Below, in pieces: positions 1 through 17,497 of a stretch of DNA of 64,000 bases; position 1 is the first letter of the stretch; each line of letters opens with the position of its first letter. The stretch lies in contig OZ024745.1 of assembly GCA_964016885.1 (NCBI GenBank), forward strand, positions 96,968,001-97,032,000. Direction: 5' to 3'. The translations under genes were made by a program, and so were the position numbers. The stretch comes from Eledone cirrhosa. Its lineage: Eukaryota. The notes under the pieces were generated by a model, which worked only from the letters and a program-made list of their open reading frames with translations, searched no databases and had not been told where the DNA came from.

Positions 1-420
1 TCCATATATGTATACTGAAATACTAGTATGTATATGAATACACACACGTATACATATGTAGATGTACCAAGTTTTTTCACTGGTCACTTTACTGTGAGTG
101 GCCAGCTATTCTGTATGTAAACACACAGACAAACCGGTTTTTAGAGTCATACTGGTTTTTGAGGAAACACCTTTCCTCTATTCTCCAGAAAGCCAGACAA
201 GGAATATTGAACTAGTTTCGTTGTTGTTACAACTCATCAGCAATATTTACCTATCTTCCGGCCTCTCTAGAGAATCGTAAAAGCACATATCGTTATATGC
301 TTTTTCTATGAAAATTAGTAGTGGGCAGACTAATTTGCATAGAGTGTGAGTAAGTACCGGTTCAACTTAATTATATATATATATTTATATATATATATAT
401 GTATATACATATATATATAC

Positions 421-1307
<887 letters not shown>

Positions 1308-1474
1308 CTGAAACTTAGTTTCAGAAGATCCCGTTAAGGATGAAAGCAGCGATTCTTTGCTTAAAATTTAATCTGTTATTTTAATAAATATTTGCTCTAC
1401 GGTTCTTATATATCTGATATATATTTATCCTTATCAAGCCATCTTTGGATGTTAGTCTTCAAATGTATTATTAT

Positions 1475-1478
<4 letters not shown>
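1308..1478 (+). mobile_element. Family B short element (pLTR-like, HHR-like fold)
   Basis: Near-identical to 12051-12212 and 33881-34043; ends in (TA)n. Confidence 0.75.
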
Positions 1479-1523
<45 letters not shown>

Positions 1524-1525
<2 letters not shown>

Positions 1526-3150
1526 CACTTGGGGAGGGTCATATTGTTGTAATAATATTGCCAGAAATAATAACAGAACACACTCACTGTTTGGTTGGTT
1601 TTCGCTTCTGTATCTTTTATATCTCCACAGTTAATTCATTCGGTCCTCAATGTTTACCATTGACTGACCAACGGTCAAGCACACCTGCAACATCATCAGT
1701 GGTACTATTATTTCCCTCCTGTTGTATTGTATATCTACGCCATTTTTACTTTATCTGTTTATTTATTTATTTATTTTTGTCTTTTCTGCGCATGCCTTCG
1801 CGTGTGTGTATAGTGTTTGGTGTGTGTTCGCGTTTGGGTGACTGTGTTTTGGTTATTGTATTCTATCTTAGTTTACTAGTGTGTATTTATATGTGTTTGT
1901 TGTTATTGTGCTTTATTTATTTATTTATTTATTTATATTTCTCTTAGGTCAGTATTGTTTGTTTGTGTGTTGTTATTCCATTCATTTTTTCTGTTTAGCT
2001 TTGGCTTTATAAGCTCTATTTCGCTTGCCTCACTGATTTGCCTATCTGCTGGGACATTTCTCTGTTTAGATATTATTTTAATTTCTATGTTGTCTATGTT
2101 ACCGTCATGTTATTGTCTGGCGTTTGGTATAGTACTGAACCGTTTTTTCGTCCTTTTAATTCCCCCCAGTGCTGGTCTATCCTTTCACCTACGCTAGGAG
2201 CTGTCTCGCCTATGTATGTTGTTGTCATGTTTCTGTAAGTACCCTCTGTACATCTTATGCTATAGACTACGTTTCTAGTTTTACAGTTTTTCCGGGTGTT
2301 TACTTTACATAGAACACATTTCCTATTAGTACAGTGGGTTTTCTTAAAAGGGTATGTTTTGCTGATCAGGGATTTTATGGTAGTTCCTGGCTTTTCACCA
2401 CTTTCATTTTTAAGTGGGTCTTTTTCAGGGACTTTCTACACTGGTTAGCTAATTTCTCTCCAGGGGTAGCGTCCACGAACGTGACACTCTGGTATCTCTG
2501 ATTGTCGTACCATGAGGTGGATTTCCCTGTCTTATGTTTAGTCCTATCTAAGCTATTCCATGATTTGCTCCTGTATAATGGGCAAATTCCTTTCATATCC
2601 AGTTCTATGAGGGTCTTATACTTCTCCGTGGCTCCTTTGTATACTCTGGTTCTGTCTCTTTGGTTGTAGCCAGAGAACTGCATGCGGTTGATGAAGTGTT
2701 GGATGTGTCTGTCCATTTCTGTTGGGTCGCACTTCATCACTCGTACCAAGTCAGAATACTAAACTTAGCACTACTGGACATTGCTGAGTTTTTGAGTACC
2801 AGGTATTTGGAGGCCATGGGTTTAGCGTAGTGTGAGTGGAGAATTTGGGCCCTCTCGTCTATAGTGTAAATCCAGAGTTCCGTGTCTAACACAGGTAGTC
2901 TACTGTTAGGGTGTTTGGGAGGGTAGTCGATAATTACAGTTATAGTCTGGTGTATGGAGTTGTCTATCTGCTGGATGCTTCCCATTGGGCTACATTCTAA
3001 ATCATACTTGCTAGTACTCTCTTGTGGGGATGTCCTTATTACTATATTACTATCGTCTACGTAACGAGAGTACATGATGAGGTCTATGGAGTTCTCATCA
3101 AGGAGATCTTTGAGTCTCCTTTCCCACCATACCATAAAAAGGTTGGCAAC
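1524..3150 (-). pseudogene. Decayed, 5'-truncated Penelope-like element (RT C-terminal half, thumb, Cys linker, C-terminal GIY-YIG, 3' UTR)
   Basis: ORF 2737..3135 has YSRYVDD, LPVLD and HYAKPM; ORF 2375..2749 has FSGY, PLYR and FVDATPG. Manual translation of about 2340-1975 gives CTNRKCVLC...NVVYSIRC...YIGET...H...RQISEA...LNRKNEW. Frameshifted. Confidence 0.88.
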
Positions 3151-3195
3151 GTCATCAACTATGCTGTGATCTCACCACCCTCTCAAATACCTTGG

Positions 3196-3611
<416 letters not shown>

Positions 3612-3724
3612 TTGTAAAAAAAATGAAAACGAAATTTCATTTCTCATTCTTAGTACGGCACTTACTTAAATGTAAGTATGTATGTATACGTACATACATA
3701 TATGTATACAGACGTACAGTAGCA

Positions 3725-3805
<81 letters not shown>

Positions 3806-4075
3806 TATACATATATACATACAGGTACACATACATATATGTACGCATCAGTTTAGCGGACGCTTATTATAGCGCCCGCTTTGTTCGTTTGTAAATAAAC
3901 TGAACAGCCTGAATTTATGCCGCACGGTGTTAAGGCAACCACGTCACCTTTTTGCTCAACACTGGCACAGGAACGATGTACTAGTTTCAAGCTTGTTAGC
4001 TATCATCAGCACCATATACCCATCTGTCAGATAGTTGAACGTTCGAAAGTATATACTTTCCTTATGAAAATTAAT
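3612..4075 (-). mobile_element. Diverged single copy of family F (homologue of the 29.2-30.5 kb tandem unit)
   Basis: aatgaaaacgaaatttcatttc...cttacttaaat and the HHR region are shared with 29184-29500. Confidence 0.75.
3974..4014 (-). ncRNA. Type I hammerhead ribozyme (family F)
   Basis: tggtg CTGATGA t-agct-aaca-agct-t GAAA ctag TA catcg; stem I still pairs despite substitutions relative to 29427-29467. Confidence 0.8.
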
Positions 4076-4099
4076 ATATATATATTTATATATATATAA

Positions 4100-5075
4100 G
4101 AATAAACGTGCTGCGTGGTTGCTAATGGGTTACATATGAATAAAATTAGTCCTTCATCAGTGATCTTCCAACGATCATTGGTATTTTATCGCTTTAAACA
4201 CCATATACCTCCGGTTGGTGCGAGCAACGGCTAAAAAAAGTCGTTGGGACACGTAAATAAAGGGGACACGAGTGTAAACAAACAAAGATGGTGAAGCAAC
4301 GAAAAGTAAGGAAGAAGGAGTCAAGTCCCAAATTTCTATGAATTTAAATTCGGTGAAATCGTGAACGATAGAGAATAAAGACCATCAAACCTGGTTGGAA
4401 TGTGAGCAAGGAAGGAATTCCGTACAGGTCTAACGGGAGGAAGAAGGGATCTAGTCTGTGAATTCGGTGAACGTAAGTTCTGTGAAATCTTAGACGAGAC
4501 CCGCTGTGACCCGTCTATTTCGTTCTTACTGCTTCCTCTTTCTCTGTATCTTTACCCTCTCTAGCAGTCACTCTCTCTGTTAGCCTTTTCCTCACCCTTC
4601 ACTCACTCATTCTCTGTTACTACCTCTCCTCCTCCTCCTTCTTCCCGTTTGACCTGTGCGTAATTCTTTTCTTTCACACCCTTGGTCTGGCAGGTCGCTT
4701 TTTTTCTCTCTCTCGTCTAAGATTTCACAGAACTTACGTTCACCGAATTCACAGACTAGATCCCTTCTTCCTCCCGTTAGACCTGTACGGAATTCCTTCC
4801 TTGCTCACATTCCAACCAGGTTTGATGGTCTTTATTCCCTCTCGTTCACGATTTCACCGAATTTAAATTCATAGAAATTTGGGACTTGACTCCTTCTTCC
4901 TCACTTTTCGTTGCTTCACCATCTTTGTTTGTTTACACTCGTGTCCCCTTTATTTACGTGTCCCAACGACTTTTTTTAGCCGTTGCTCGCACCAACCGGA
5001 GGTATATGGTCTTTAAGGCGATGAAATATCAATGATGGTTGGAAGATCACTGATGAAGGACTAACTTTATTCATA
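4100..5075. mobile_element. Family A copy with inverted 5' duplication (arms about 4133-4499 and 4711-5075)
   Basis: Arms are near-perfect reverse complements; flanked by TA-rich sequence; PLE-like inverted pLTR layout. Confidence 0.8.
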
Positions 5076-5095
5076 TATATATATATATATATATA

Positions 5096-5242
<147 letters not shown>

Positions 5243-5245
5243 GCA

Positions 5246-5425
5246 ATAGGGGCTAGTAGTAAAACTACTCTAAAGGGCCACATATTCAAATTTAACGAGA
5301 AGATCTACACCCAAAATGAGAGAGCTACCAACTATGCTGACACCAATGGTAGCTCTCACATTTTGGGTGTAAATCTTCTCGTTAAATTTGAATATGTGGC
5401 CCTTTAGGGTAGTTTTAATACTAGC

Positions 5426-5431
<6 letters not shown>
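5246..5431. repeat. Hairpin element (85-bp arms 5246-5330 and 5347-5431) in (TA)n
   Basis: ataggggctagta...agagctacca / tggtagctctc...tactagcccctat. Confidence 0.85.
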
Positions 5432-5502
<71 letters not shown>

Positions 5503-5539
5503 CATATACATATATATATATATATATTTATATATATAC

Positions 5540-5592
<53 letters not shown>

Positions 5593-5629
5593 CATATACA
5601 TATATATATATATATATTTATATATATAC

Positions 5630-5712
<83 letters not shown>

Positions 5713-5715
5713 CAT

Positions 5716-5758
<43 letters not shown>

Positions 5759-5764
<6 letters not shown>

Positions 5765-5986
5765 CGGACTTAAGTCCACAAGATTCATTGACTATTCCTC
5801 TCTTTACGTTGTATTACCATGTTGTTTGTTTACTTTCCCCTTCCAATTCACTCTGTCCTGATAACTTATTTTACTTATCGCTTGCACTGATTTTGAGGTA
5901 TCTGTTCTTTAATGCGAAGAAATACCAATGATAATCAGCAGACCACTGATGATGGACAGTCCCGTTTCTCAGTCTGTTTTAATTCA
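5759..5986 (+). mobile_element. Family C short element in (TA)n
   Basis: Inverted copy of 3276-3482. Confidence 0.75.
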
Positions 5987-6004
5987 TATATATATATATA
6001 TATA

Positions 6005-8618
<2,614 letters not shown>

Positions 8619-8620
8619 TA

Positions 8621-8694
<74 letters not shown>

Positions 8695-8873
8695 AATCAA
8701 CTTTTCAAATAGAAGTCGAAGTTGAAAGGTATGTCGAATCTATCTATTTATAAGACTGTTTATATTGTATTTTGTCTGAAGAAGGCATAACATATTTTTA
8801 ATATGATATCCCTGAAATATATATAATGAAATAAATATGGTTTTATAAATATAGTTTCCATTTATTTAATATC

Positions 8874-9000
<127 letters not shown>

Positions 9001-9018
9001 AATATATATATAAATATA

Positions 9019-9062
<44 letters not shown>

Positions 9063-9125
9063 GTATATGTATATATATATATTTATATATATATATTATA
9101 TATATGTATATATATATATATATAT

Positions 9126-9204
9126 ATAACTTTACTTTGGTAATTTTGATAAGTTTCGGCCAGTATTGGCCCCAGGCCATGTCTAATTTAATAACACCAC
9201 CTGG
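9126..9204 (-). repeat. Inverted copy of the CR1 3' tail (8541-8618)
   Basis: Reverse complement of ccaggtggtgttattaaattagacatggcc...aaagtaaagtta. Confidence 0.9.
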
Positions 9205-9250
9205 TGACCATATTGGACACTACCGTATATTTTGGTAGATTTATCTACAT

Positions 9251-9539
<289 letters not shown>

Positions 9540-9553
9540 TTGGTAGATTTATC

Positions 9554-9641
<88 letters not shown>

Positions 9642-9791
9642 GATAAATCTACCAAAATATACGGTAGTGTCCAATATGTATGAAGAACTCAATGTAATCC
9701 AAATATCATGAAAAGAGAAGATGTATTCAAAAAATTTTTTTAGACGAAAATCACAGGAAAACAGAGTCAAGATAAATTAATAAAAACAATG

Positions 9792-10202
9792 AATAAAAAC
9801 AAAGAAACAGTTCCTTATATTAAAAAATACATCATTTTACGATCGTTTCTGGGATATATATGTGTTTGTTGGTATGTATATCATATAGATCTATGTAAAG
9901 ATTTTACAAACTATCAGGGGAAATATACATACCTACACATATATATGCTGTCTTCAGAAATATTATTTCTGAAGACAGCATATATATGTTTAGGTATGTA
10001 TATTTGAAAACAGCATATATATGTGTAGGTATGTATATTTGAAAACAGCATATATATGTGTAGGTATGTATATTTCCCCTGATAGTTTGTAAAATTTTTA
10101 CGTAGATCTATATGATATACATACCAACAAGCACATATATCCTAGAAACGATCGTAAAATGATGATTTTTTTAATATAAGGAACTGTTTCTTTGTTTTTA
10201 TT
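9792..10202. mobile_element. Hairpin element centred at about 9963 with an HHR-like fold in each arm; 35-bp x3 tandem in the right arm
   Basis: Arms are reverse complements; CTGAAGA at 9969 and GAAA cgatcg TA at 10145-10156. Confidence 0.7.
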
Positions 10203-10203
10203 A

Positions 10204-10269
<66 letters not shown>

Positions 10270-10335
10270 GGATACTATTTATAGGTATGTACATTTTAAA
10301 TTATAAACAACTATAAACAGGGAAGGTCAGTAATT

Positions 10336-10366
<31 letters not shown>

Positions 10367-10507
10367 GGATACTATTTATAGCTATGTATATTTTAAACTA
10401 TAAACAACTATAAACAGGGAAGGTCAGTAATTTATTACTACCTTATTACCAGTAAGATAAATAGCTCAATGTAAGAACATCAGTTGCTTTACAGAGCAGT
10501 AATATTG

Positions 10508-11670
10508 AATTCACACATCACAGCTATGTTCAAAACATTTATCCGCTGACAATTGTTTCTTCCAAACCTAGGCTTGAAGTCTTCGGAGCATTTTTAATGT
10601 TTGTACATATATAATTTACCTCCTACTCAACGTAAGAGACATACAGATACATATATATATATATTGATTGATGTACAGTGTGGAGTTGATGCGACATATA
10701 TTATATTATACTATATTTGTACAGTAATTCAAATTAAGATTAAAATCAAAATTCATAAACAAGATTAAAAGCATAGGTTGAAATAAATGCAACATACAAC
10801 ACAGATAATACAGGAGAATAGTCTAATAATCAAATTAAATAGATAGTATATGCGTTAGTCATATATAGAGGGATGGAACAAGCAAATCTATTATGTATAT
10901 ATGAGTACTGTGTGGCAAAGCATTACATGAAATGCAAGTACTTTAAGCGGGTATTTACGTGTGTTATGGTGGTTGCAGTGTGAGGATATTTTCTGTATAG
11001 TTCAAATTTGTATGTGTGCAGAAAAAGGAAGTTATAGTTTTCACATCCATCACTATTTTCACATCTAGAACAAGGCAGTTACAGTGTTCACATCCATCAC
11101 AGAAGTTACAATGTATTTGTATTGAACGTTTGTTGTAGTAATGGATTGTAACGTATTGCAACTCAGTGTTATTAATCCATATTTATAGGTTAGGGTCTTT
11201 CGGTTGTGAGAATTAACAGCGGTTTAATATCCGGAAGTGCTTGTATTTCATGTAATGCTTTGCCACACAGTACTCATATATACATGATACATTTGCTTGT
11301 TCCATCCCTCTATATATGACTAACGCATATACTATCTATTTAATTTGATTATTAGACTATTCTCCTGTATTATCTGTGTTGTATGTCGCATTTATTCCAA
11401 CCTATGCTTTTAATCTTGTTTTTGAATTTTGATTTTAATCTTAATTTGAATTACTGTACAAATATAGTATAATATAATATATGTCGCATCAACTCCACAC
11501 TGTACATCAATATATATATATATATATGTATCTGTATGTCTCTTACGTTGAGTAGGAGGTAAATTATATATGTACAAACATTAAAAATGCTCCGAAGACT
11601 TCAAGCCTAGGTTTGGAAGAAACAATTGTCAGCGGATAAATGTTTTGAACATAGCTTTGATGTGTGAATT
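10508..11670. mobile_element. Inverted-pLTR element (arms about 10508-10943 and 11235-11670)
   Basis: About 435-bp inverted arms, each carrying an HHR-like motif. Confidence 0.8.
11588..11634 (+). ncRNA. Minimal hammerhead-like motif, U4C core variant (mirror copy 10544-10590, minus strand)
   Basis: tgct CCGAAGA cttcaagcctaggtttggaa GAAA caattg TC agcg. Confidence 0.7.
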
Positions 11671-11872
11671 TCTATACATATTGTATAAAGCTATGCTTGG
11701 AGCGAAATCCTATTTCTTTTATATATATATATGTTTATCCCGAGTTCAATCTGGGGTAATCACAGTAAGTAAGGCACTTAATACATAGCAGAGTATAAAT
11801 ATCTAATATAGAAATGGCTTCTACACGACTAGAACTATTTTATTCGAGAGAAATCATCAGGAAGCCCTGATA

Positions 11873-11929
<57 letters not shown>

Positions 11930-11937
<8 letters not shown>

Positions 11938-12212
11938 TAAAATAACAGATTAAAGTTTAAGCAAAGAATCGCTGCTTTCACCCTTAACGGGATCTTCTGA
12001 AACTAACAAAGTCAATCTGTAAACGCAGATTGTTACAGATTGACTTTGTTAGTTTCAGAAGATCCCGTTAAGGGTGAAAGCAGCGATTCTTTGCTTAAAC
12101 TTTAATCTGTTAGTTTAATAAATATTTGCTCTACGGTTCTTATATATTTGATATATATTTATCCTTATCGAGCCCTCTTTGGATTTTAGTCTTCAAATTT
12201 ATTATTATTACT
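11930..12212. mobile_element. Family B hairpin copy
   Basis: 11930-12021 is inverted relative to 12034-12125. Confidence 0.8.
12035..12110 (+). ncRNA. Type I hammerhead-like motif, U4A variant (family B)
   Basis: acagattga-ctttgtt-agttt CAGAAGA tccc-gttaa-gggt GAAA gca-gcgattctt-tgc TT aaact-ttaatctgt. Confidence 0.6.
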
Positions 12213-12235
12213 ATATATATATATATATATATATA

Positions 12236-12500
12236 ATAAATGTAATCTGAGTTTTTCGAATATTAATAATAACATTCGATTCCTTTGCAATTATGCAAAC
12301 AACCCTCAATATTATAGCCATGTCAGTAGAATGAACCCTTCATTCTTGCTTTTGTGTTGGCATGTGAACAGAACTGCAGACACTAATGTTTCTGAGTATA
12401 AAATTCTACTGACATGGCTATAAAATTGAGGCTTGTTTGCATAATTGCAAACGAATCTAATGTTATTATTAATATTCGAAAAACTCAGATTACATTTATT
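12236..12500. repeat. Inverted repeat element (arms about 12236-12332 and 12402-12500) in (TA)n
   Basis: Arms are reverse complements with a few mismatches. Confidence 0.8.
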
Positions 12501-12528
12501 GTATTCAGCCATGTAGAGCGAACATTTT

Positions 12529-12570
<42 letters not shown>

Positions 12571-12572
<2 letters not shown>

Positions 12573-12926
12573 TCTACGATTTCACAGAACTTATGTTTAC
12601 CGAATTCGCAGACCAGACCCCTTCTTCCTCCCGTTAGACCTGTGCGAAATTCCTTCCTTGCTCACATTTCAACCAGGTTTGATGGTCTTTATTCTCTCGT
12701 TCACGATTTCACCGAATTTAAATTCATAGAAATTTGGGACTTGTCTCCTTCTTCCTCACTTTCTGTTGCTTCACTATTTTGTTTGTTTACACTCGCGTCC
12801 CCTTTATTTACGTGTCCCAACGACTTTTTTTAGCCGTTGCTCGCACCTACCGGAGGTATATGGTCTTTAAAGCGATGAAATGCCTATGATGGTTGGAAGA
12901 TCACTGATGAAGGACAAACTTTTTTC
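12571..12926 (+). mobile_element. 5'-truncated family A copy
   Basis: Matches 4714-5073. Confidence 0.8.
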
Positions 12927-12953
12927 ATATATATATATGTATATATGTATGTA

Positions 12954-13019
<66 letters not shown>

Positions 13020-13024
13020 AGTGC

Positions 13025-13103
<79 letters not shown>

Positions 13104-14220
13104 TTCATATAAATATAAATGAATGTATGTCTGCGCGCTTACACTCAATATTTTTTTCCAATCAGTGACTCCGTTAAGCTATAACCTGGTATAAATAAAT
13201 AAATAAAAATAAAATAGAAAGGTACGCGGAGTTTCCAATATATCAATACTAAAAACGACTTTCGCCCGATGATAGCAAAACCCTGCTCCAACAACCTAAT
13301 TCCTTCTGTTCACCAACATTATAATTCCCCTCTACTTTACTTTTGAGGGAAATATATATCGCACATGAATAATCTGTGATAAGAATAGCTAACTTGGAAC
13401 TAGGCAATTGAAGAACCATCTAGGCAAATATAGGACATGTGGATTGCTATAACAAAACTATTTGCCAGTTAAAGAAGATCCTTTGGTGCGCTAGATCTTA
13501 TAAAAACATATATACACTGACTGGGATTTAAGAGGGAGAAAGATGGTGGAGAGGAAGTTGTAGAGCGAGAGAGGGAGAGAGAGGGAGAGAGAGGGGAGAG
13601 GGGGCAGAGAGGGTGGAGAGGGGGAGAGAGAGAGATGGTGGAGAGGAACTTGAAAGGAGAGAGAGAAGGAGAGAGAGAGAGGGGGAGAGACAGAGGCGGA
13701 GAGAGAGAGAGAGAGATATGTGGAATATATATTAACCTGAGAAGAGTTGTGATTGTATGTCTCTCGGCTGAAACCTCACTATATTGCAATAAAAACATAC
13801 CCACGAAGGATTGTTATATAAATTGTGTTCCTTTATCTTCAGTTGTAGAAGATACTATAATATATTAAGCCACTATAATCAGCATGTTGCTAGTCGTAGG
13901 TTAGCTGTCTACATCTTTATAAACCTAAAATATGTACAAGTATCTTATCTAAAGACAACAACAGTATCAAATATGAAATTCAACTGTACAATTTTACTCT
14001 AGAGACTTTCACTGTCTATCGCTGATGTTAACAACAAACAAGACCGGGACGAACCAAACATGGCAACTTATTTACGTTCTATTTACCTACTAGAAATAGC
14101 AACTGAATCTTCTCCCCCTCCCTCTTACTGTCTTAAAAAAGGAAACCATTAAATACACTAGTTTAAAAAGAAAATCAACGACTTGATTATCATTGTTAAA
14201 GGAATATTTATTTAATAAAA

Positions 14221-14400
14221 TAATTGTTTCTACATTTGGCACAAGGCCAGCAATTAGCCAGTGCATTACTGGTACTTTATTTTATCGACCCCGTAAGGAT
14301 GAAAGGCAAAGTTAACCTCGACGGGATTTGAACTCAGACCGTAAAGGGACGTAACTATGCTGGAAAGCATGGCGTCCGACCCTCTACCGATACTGCCAAT
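14221..14400 (-). mobile_element. tRNA-derived SINE (octopus OK/OR-like) with target site duplication
   Basis: B box gagttcaaatccc; body ctttgcctttcatccttacggggtcgataaaata; TSD-like tttaataaa(a/g)taat at 14211 and 14405. Confidence 0.85.
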
Positions 14401-14766
14401 TTCTTTAATAAAGTAATGAATGAGAAATTACAGGAATGAATGACTATAAAATGAGGATTGTTACATAAATTGTATTTATTTATCTTCAGTTGTAGAAGAT
14501 ACTATCTATATTTGTGTATATTAAGCCACTATAATCTCTTCCAGCGCATCTCCCTCACCATCCTCTAGGTAAACGCCTTCTCTATTCTGTCCACCGGGGT
14601 CGTGGGACGGCCAACGCGTGGGACCCCATTTTCTCATAATAGTGAGAGATGGGGATGGCGAGAGAGATGGAGGTAATGACAGTTGGAGTTCGGCGTCTCT
14701 GTATTCGGACATCGTGTACGCGTGTGTGTATGTTACAAAATGTCCTTCTATTATAACATATGTGAA

Positions 14767-14948
14767 TTGGCAGAATCGGTAGAGGGTTGGACACCATGCT
14801 TTGCAGCATAGAGTTACGGCCCTTTACTTTCTGAGTTCAAATCCCGTCGAGGTAAACTTTGCCTTTCATCCTTACGGGGTCGATAAAATAAAGTACCAGT
14901 AATGCACTGGGATAATTGCTGGCCTTGTGCCAAAAGTAGAAACAATTA
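14767..14948 (+). mobile_element. tRNA-derived SINE, same family
   Basis: A box tggcagaatcgg, B box gagttcaaatccc, tail ggccttgtgccaaaagtagaaacaatta. Confidence 0.85.
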
Positions 14949-14984
14949 TATATATATTGGGCGTGTTTATTATATATCTATAAA

Positions 14985-15095
14985 TGGCTGAGTGGTTAGA
15001 GAATTGGATTCGCAATCGTAAGATTGTGAATTCAATTCCTGGACCGGACGATGCGTTATGTCATTGAGCAAGACACTTTATTTCACGCTGCTCCT
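14985..15095 (+). mobile_element. tRNA-derived CORE-type SINE fragment
   Basis: tggctgagtggttag A box, gaattcaattcc B-box-like, CORE-like ttgagcaagacactt. Confidence 0.65.
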
Positions 15096-15759
15096 TCTAC
15101 CTGGAGTTGCGACCGACCAATAGATAGTATTAGCAATTGGAAAGACCAACGGAAATATTGTTTCCTCAGTCCAATTTAACGAAAGTCGATCGACTATCGA
15201 TATGATATATATATATATATATGTGTGTGTGTGTATTTTTTTTAGGGTTTATGTGTATGTCACCAAAAGGATCCGAAACGGTGACTTCTTAGAGAAAAAA
15301 AAACAGATGTAATTTTCGAAGTCTACGTCATAAGAAGGTTTTGAACAGATGGAGTTATTTTTAATTATGAAAAAAAAAAAGAAAAGAAAAAACAAAAAAA
15401 AACAACAAAAAAAAACAGAACATAGTAATATTATCAATCAGTGCTACTGTGACAATTTAAGTAGTCTGGCTTTTATTGATCATCTCATACATTCCTTCAT
15501 CATGACTTTATTATTCCACCCATCCATCCATCCAGCAGTGGGGTATTGTTTTCAGAGAGTTGTCTTCACGGAGGTCACTCAATGTTTACGTGAAGACGTT
15601 AACACTAAAGTACACAACAAACCACTACCAATTCAACATACTGCTCCACTGAGTAAATTTCCATAGAAAACCACCCTAAGGACGATTGACGATTGATGGG
15701 GAGAGGCCACAGGGAATAAGTAACTAGAGATGAGGCGAATGTGTGTGCATCTATCTTCT

Positions 15760-16560
<801 letters not shown>

Positions 16561-16561
16561 C

Positions 16562-17150
16562 ATGGTGGCTGCCAACTCGTTTTCAAGTACGGCCACTACT
16601 TTATATCCATGTAGGAGAACCCCTACCGAAGCGCTGAACGAGTGTGACTTTTTAGTCCAGCCAGCGACTTGAAAACTCTGGTACAAACACTACACTTGTG
16701 ACAATTATTGACACATAGTGCTGGGCCCATGGTACCATGTGAGGACAAGTGCAGAGAGATCTCCAGATATAAAGCAATGCCTGTGCCGTGAAGCTTTTAT
16801 AGTGAGCAAAGGCACTGCACAAAGCCAGTCCCACTCTCTTAACCAAGATGATATTTACCAAAAAGAAGAACAAGTCAACATCATTGGATACCATCAGGGT
16901 TGCAGGTGTTATATCAGAGTTTTCCTTCTCCTAGAATGCTGCCTTGACAAAGGCTAAGGGGTCATCTCTCCCGGTGATTTTGGATGGCCATTGTCTCTTA
17001 AGAGCTCCTTTGCCCTTTGACAGGTTTTGTTTTTAGTCCTGCAGGATGTCCAAAATCAACCTCCTCACCAAGAAACCTTGGTGGGGTTGCCAGTTTAGTC
17101 GCCAACGACCCGACCACGAGACAGGTTGTACTGGGATACATGTTACCAGT
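16562..17150 (-). mobile_element. RTE-clade LINE 5' region (non-coding)
   Basis: ccttctcctagaatgctgccttgacaaaggct resembles RTE 5' regions as recalled; the head ggtaacatg...ggtcgggtcg...cgactaaac.ggcaacccc recurs at 25132-25180. Confidence 0.5.
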
Positions 17151-17170
17151 ATACATATATATATACATAC

Positions 17171-17233
<63 letters not shown>

Positions 17234-17257
17234 TATATACGTACATACATACATACA

Positions 17258-17313
<56 letters not shown>

Positions 17314-17347
17314 CATACATATTTATATATATATATACATATATATC

Positions 17348-17409
<62 letters not shown>

Positions 17410-17419
17410 CATACATATT

Positions 17420-17497
<78 letters not shown>

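Noticed and set aside
13735-13780. Hammerhead-like CTGAGAAG...GAAA
   Set aside because: Core spacing is wrong and there is no convincing stem I or III
14767-15060. tRNA genes
   Set aside because: The A/B boxes belong to multi-copy SINE heads; no complete cloverleaf
15520-15715. Possible RTE C-terminal fragment on the minus strand (VFYGNL...IG)
   Set aside because: Too degenerate to call without a search
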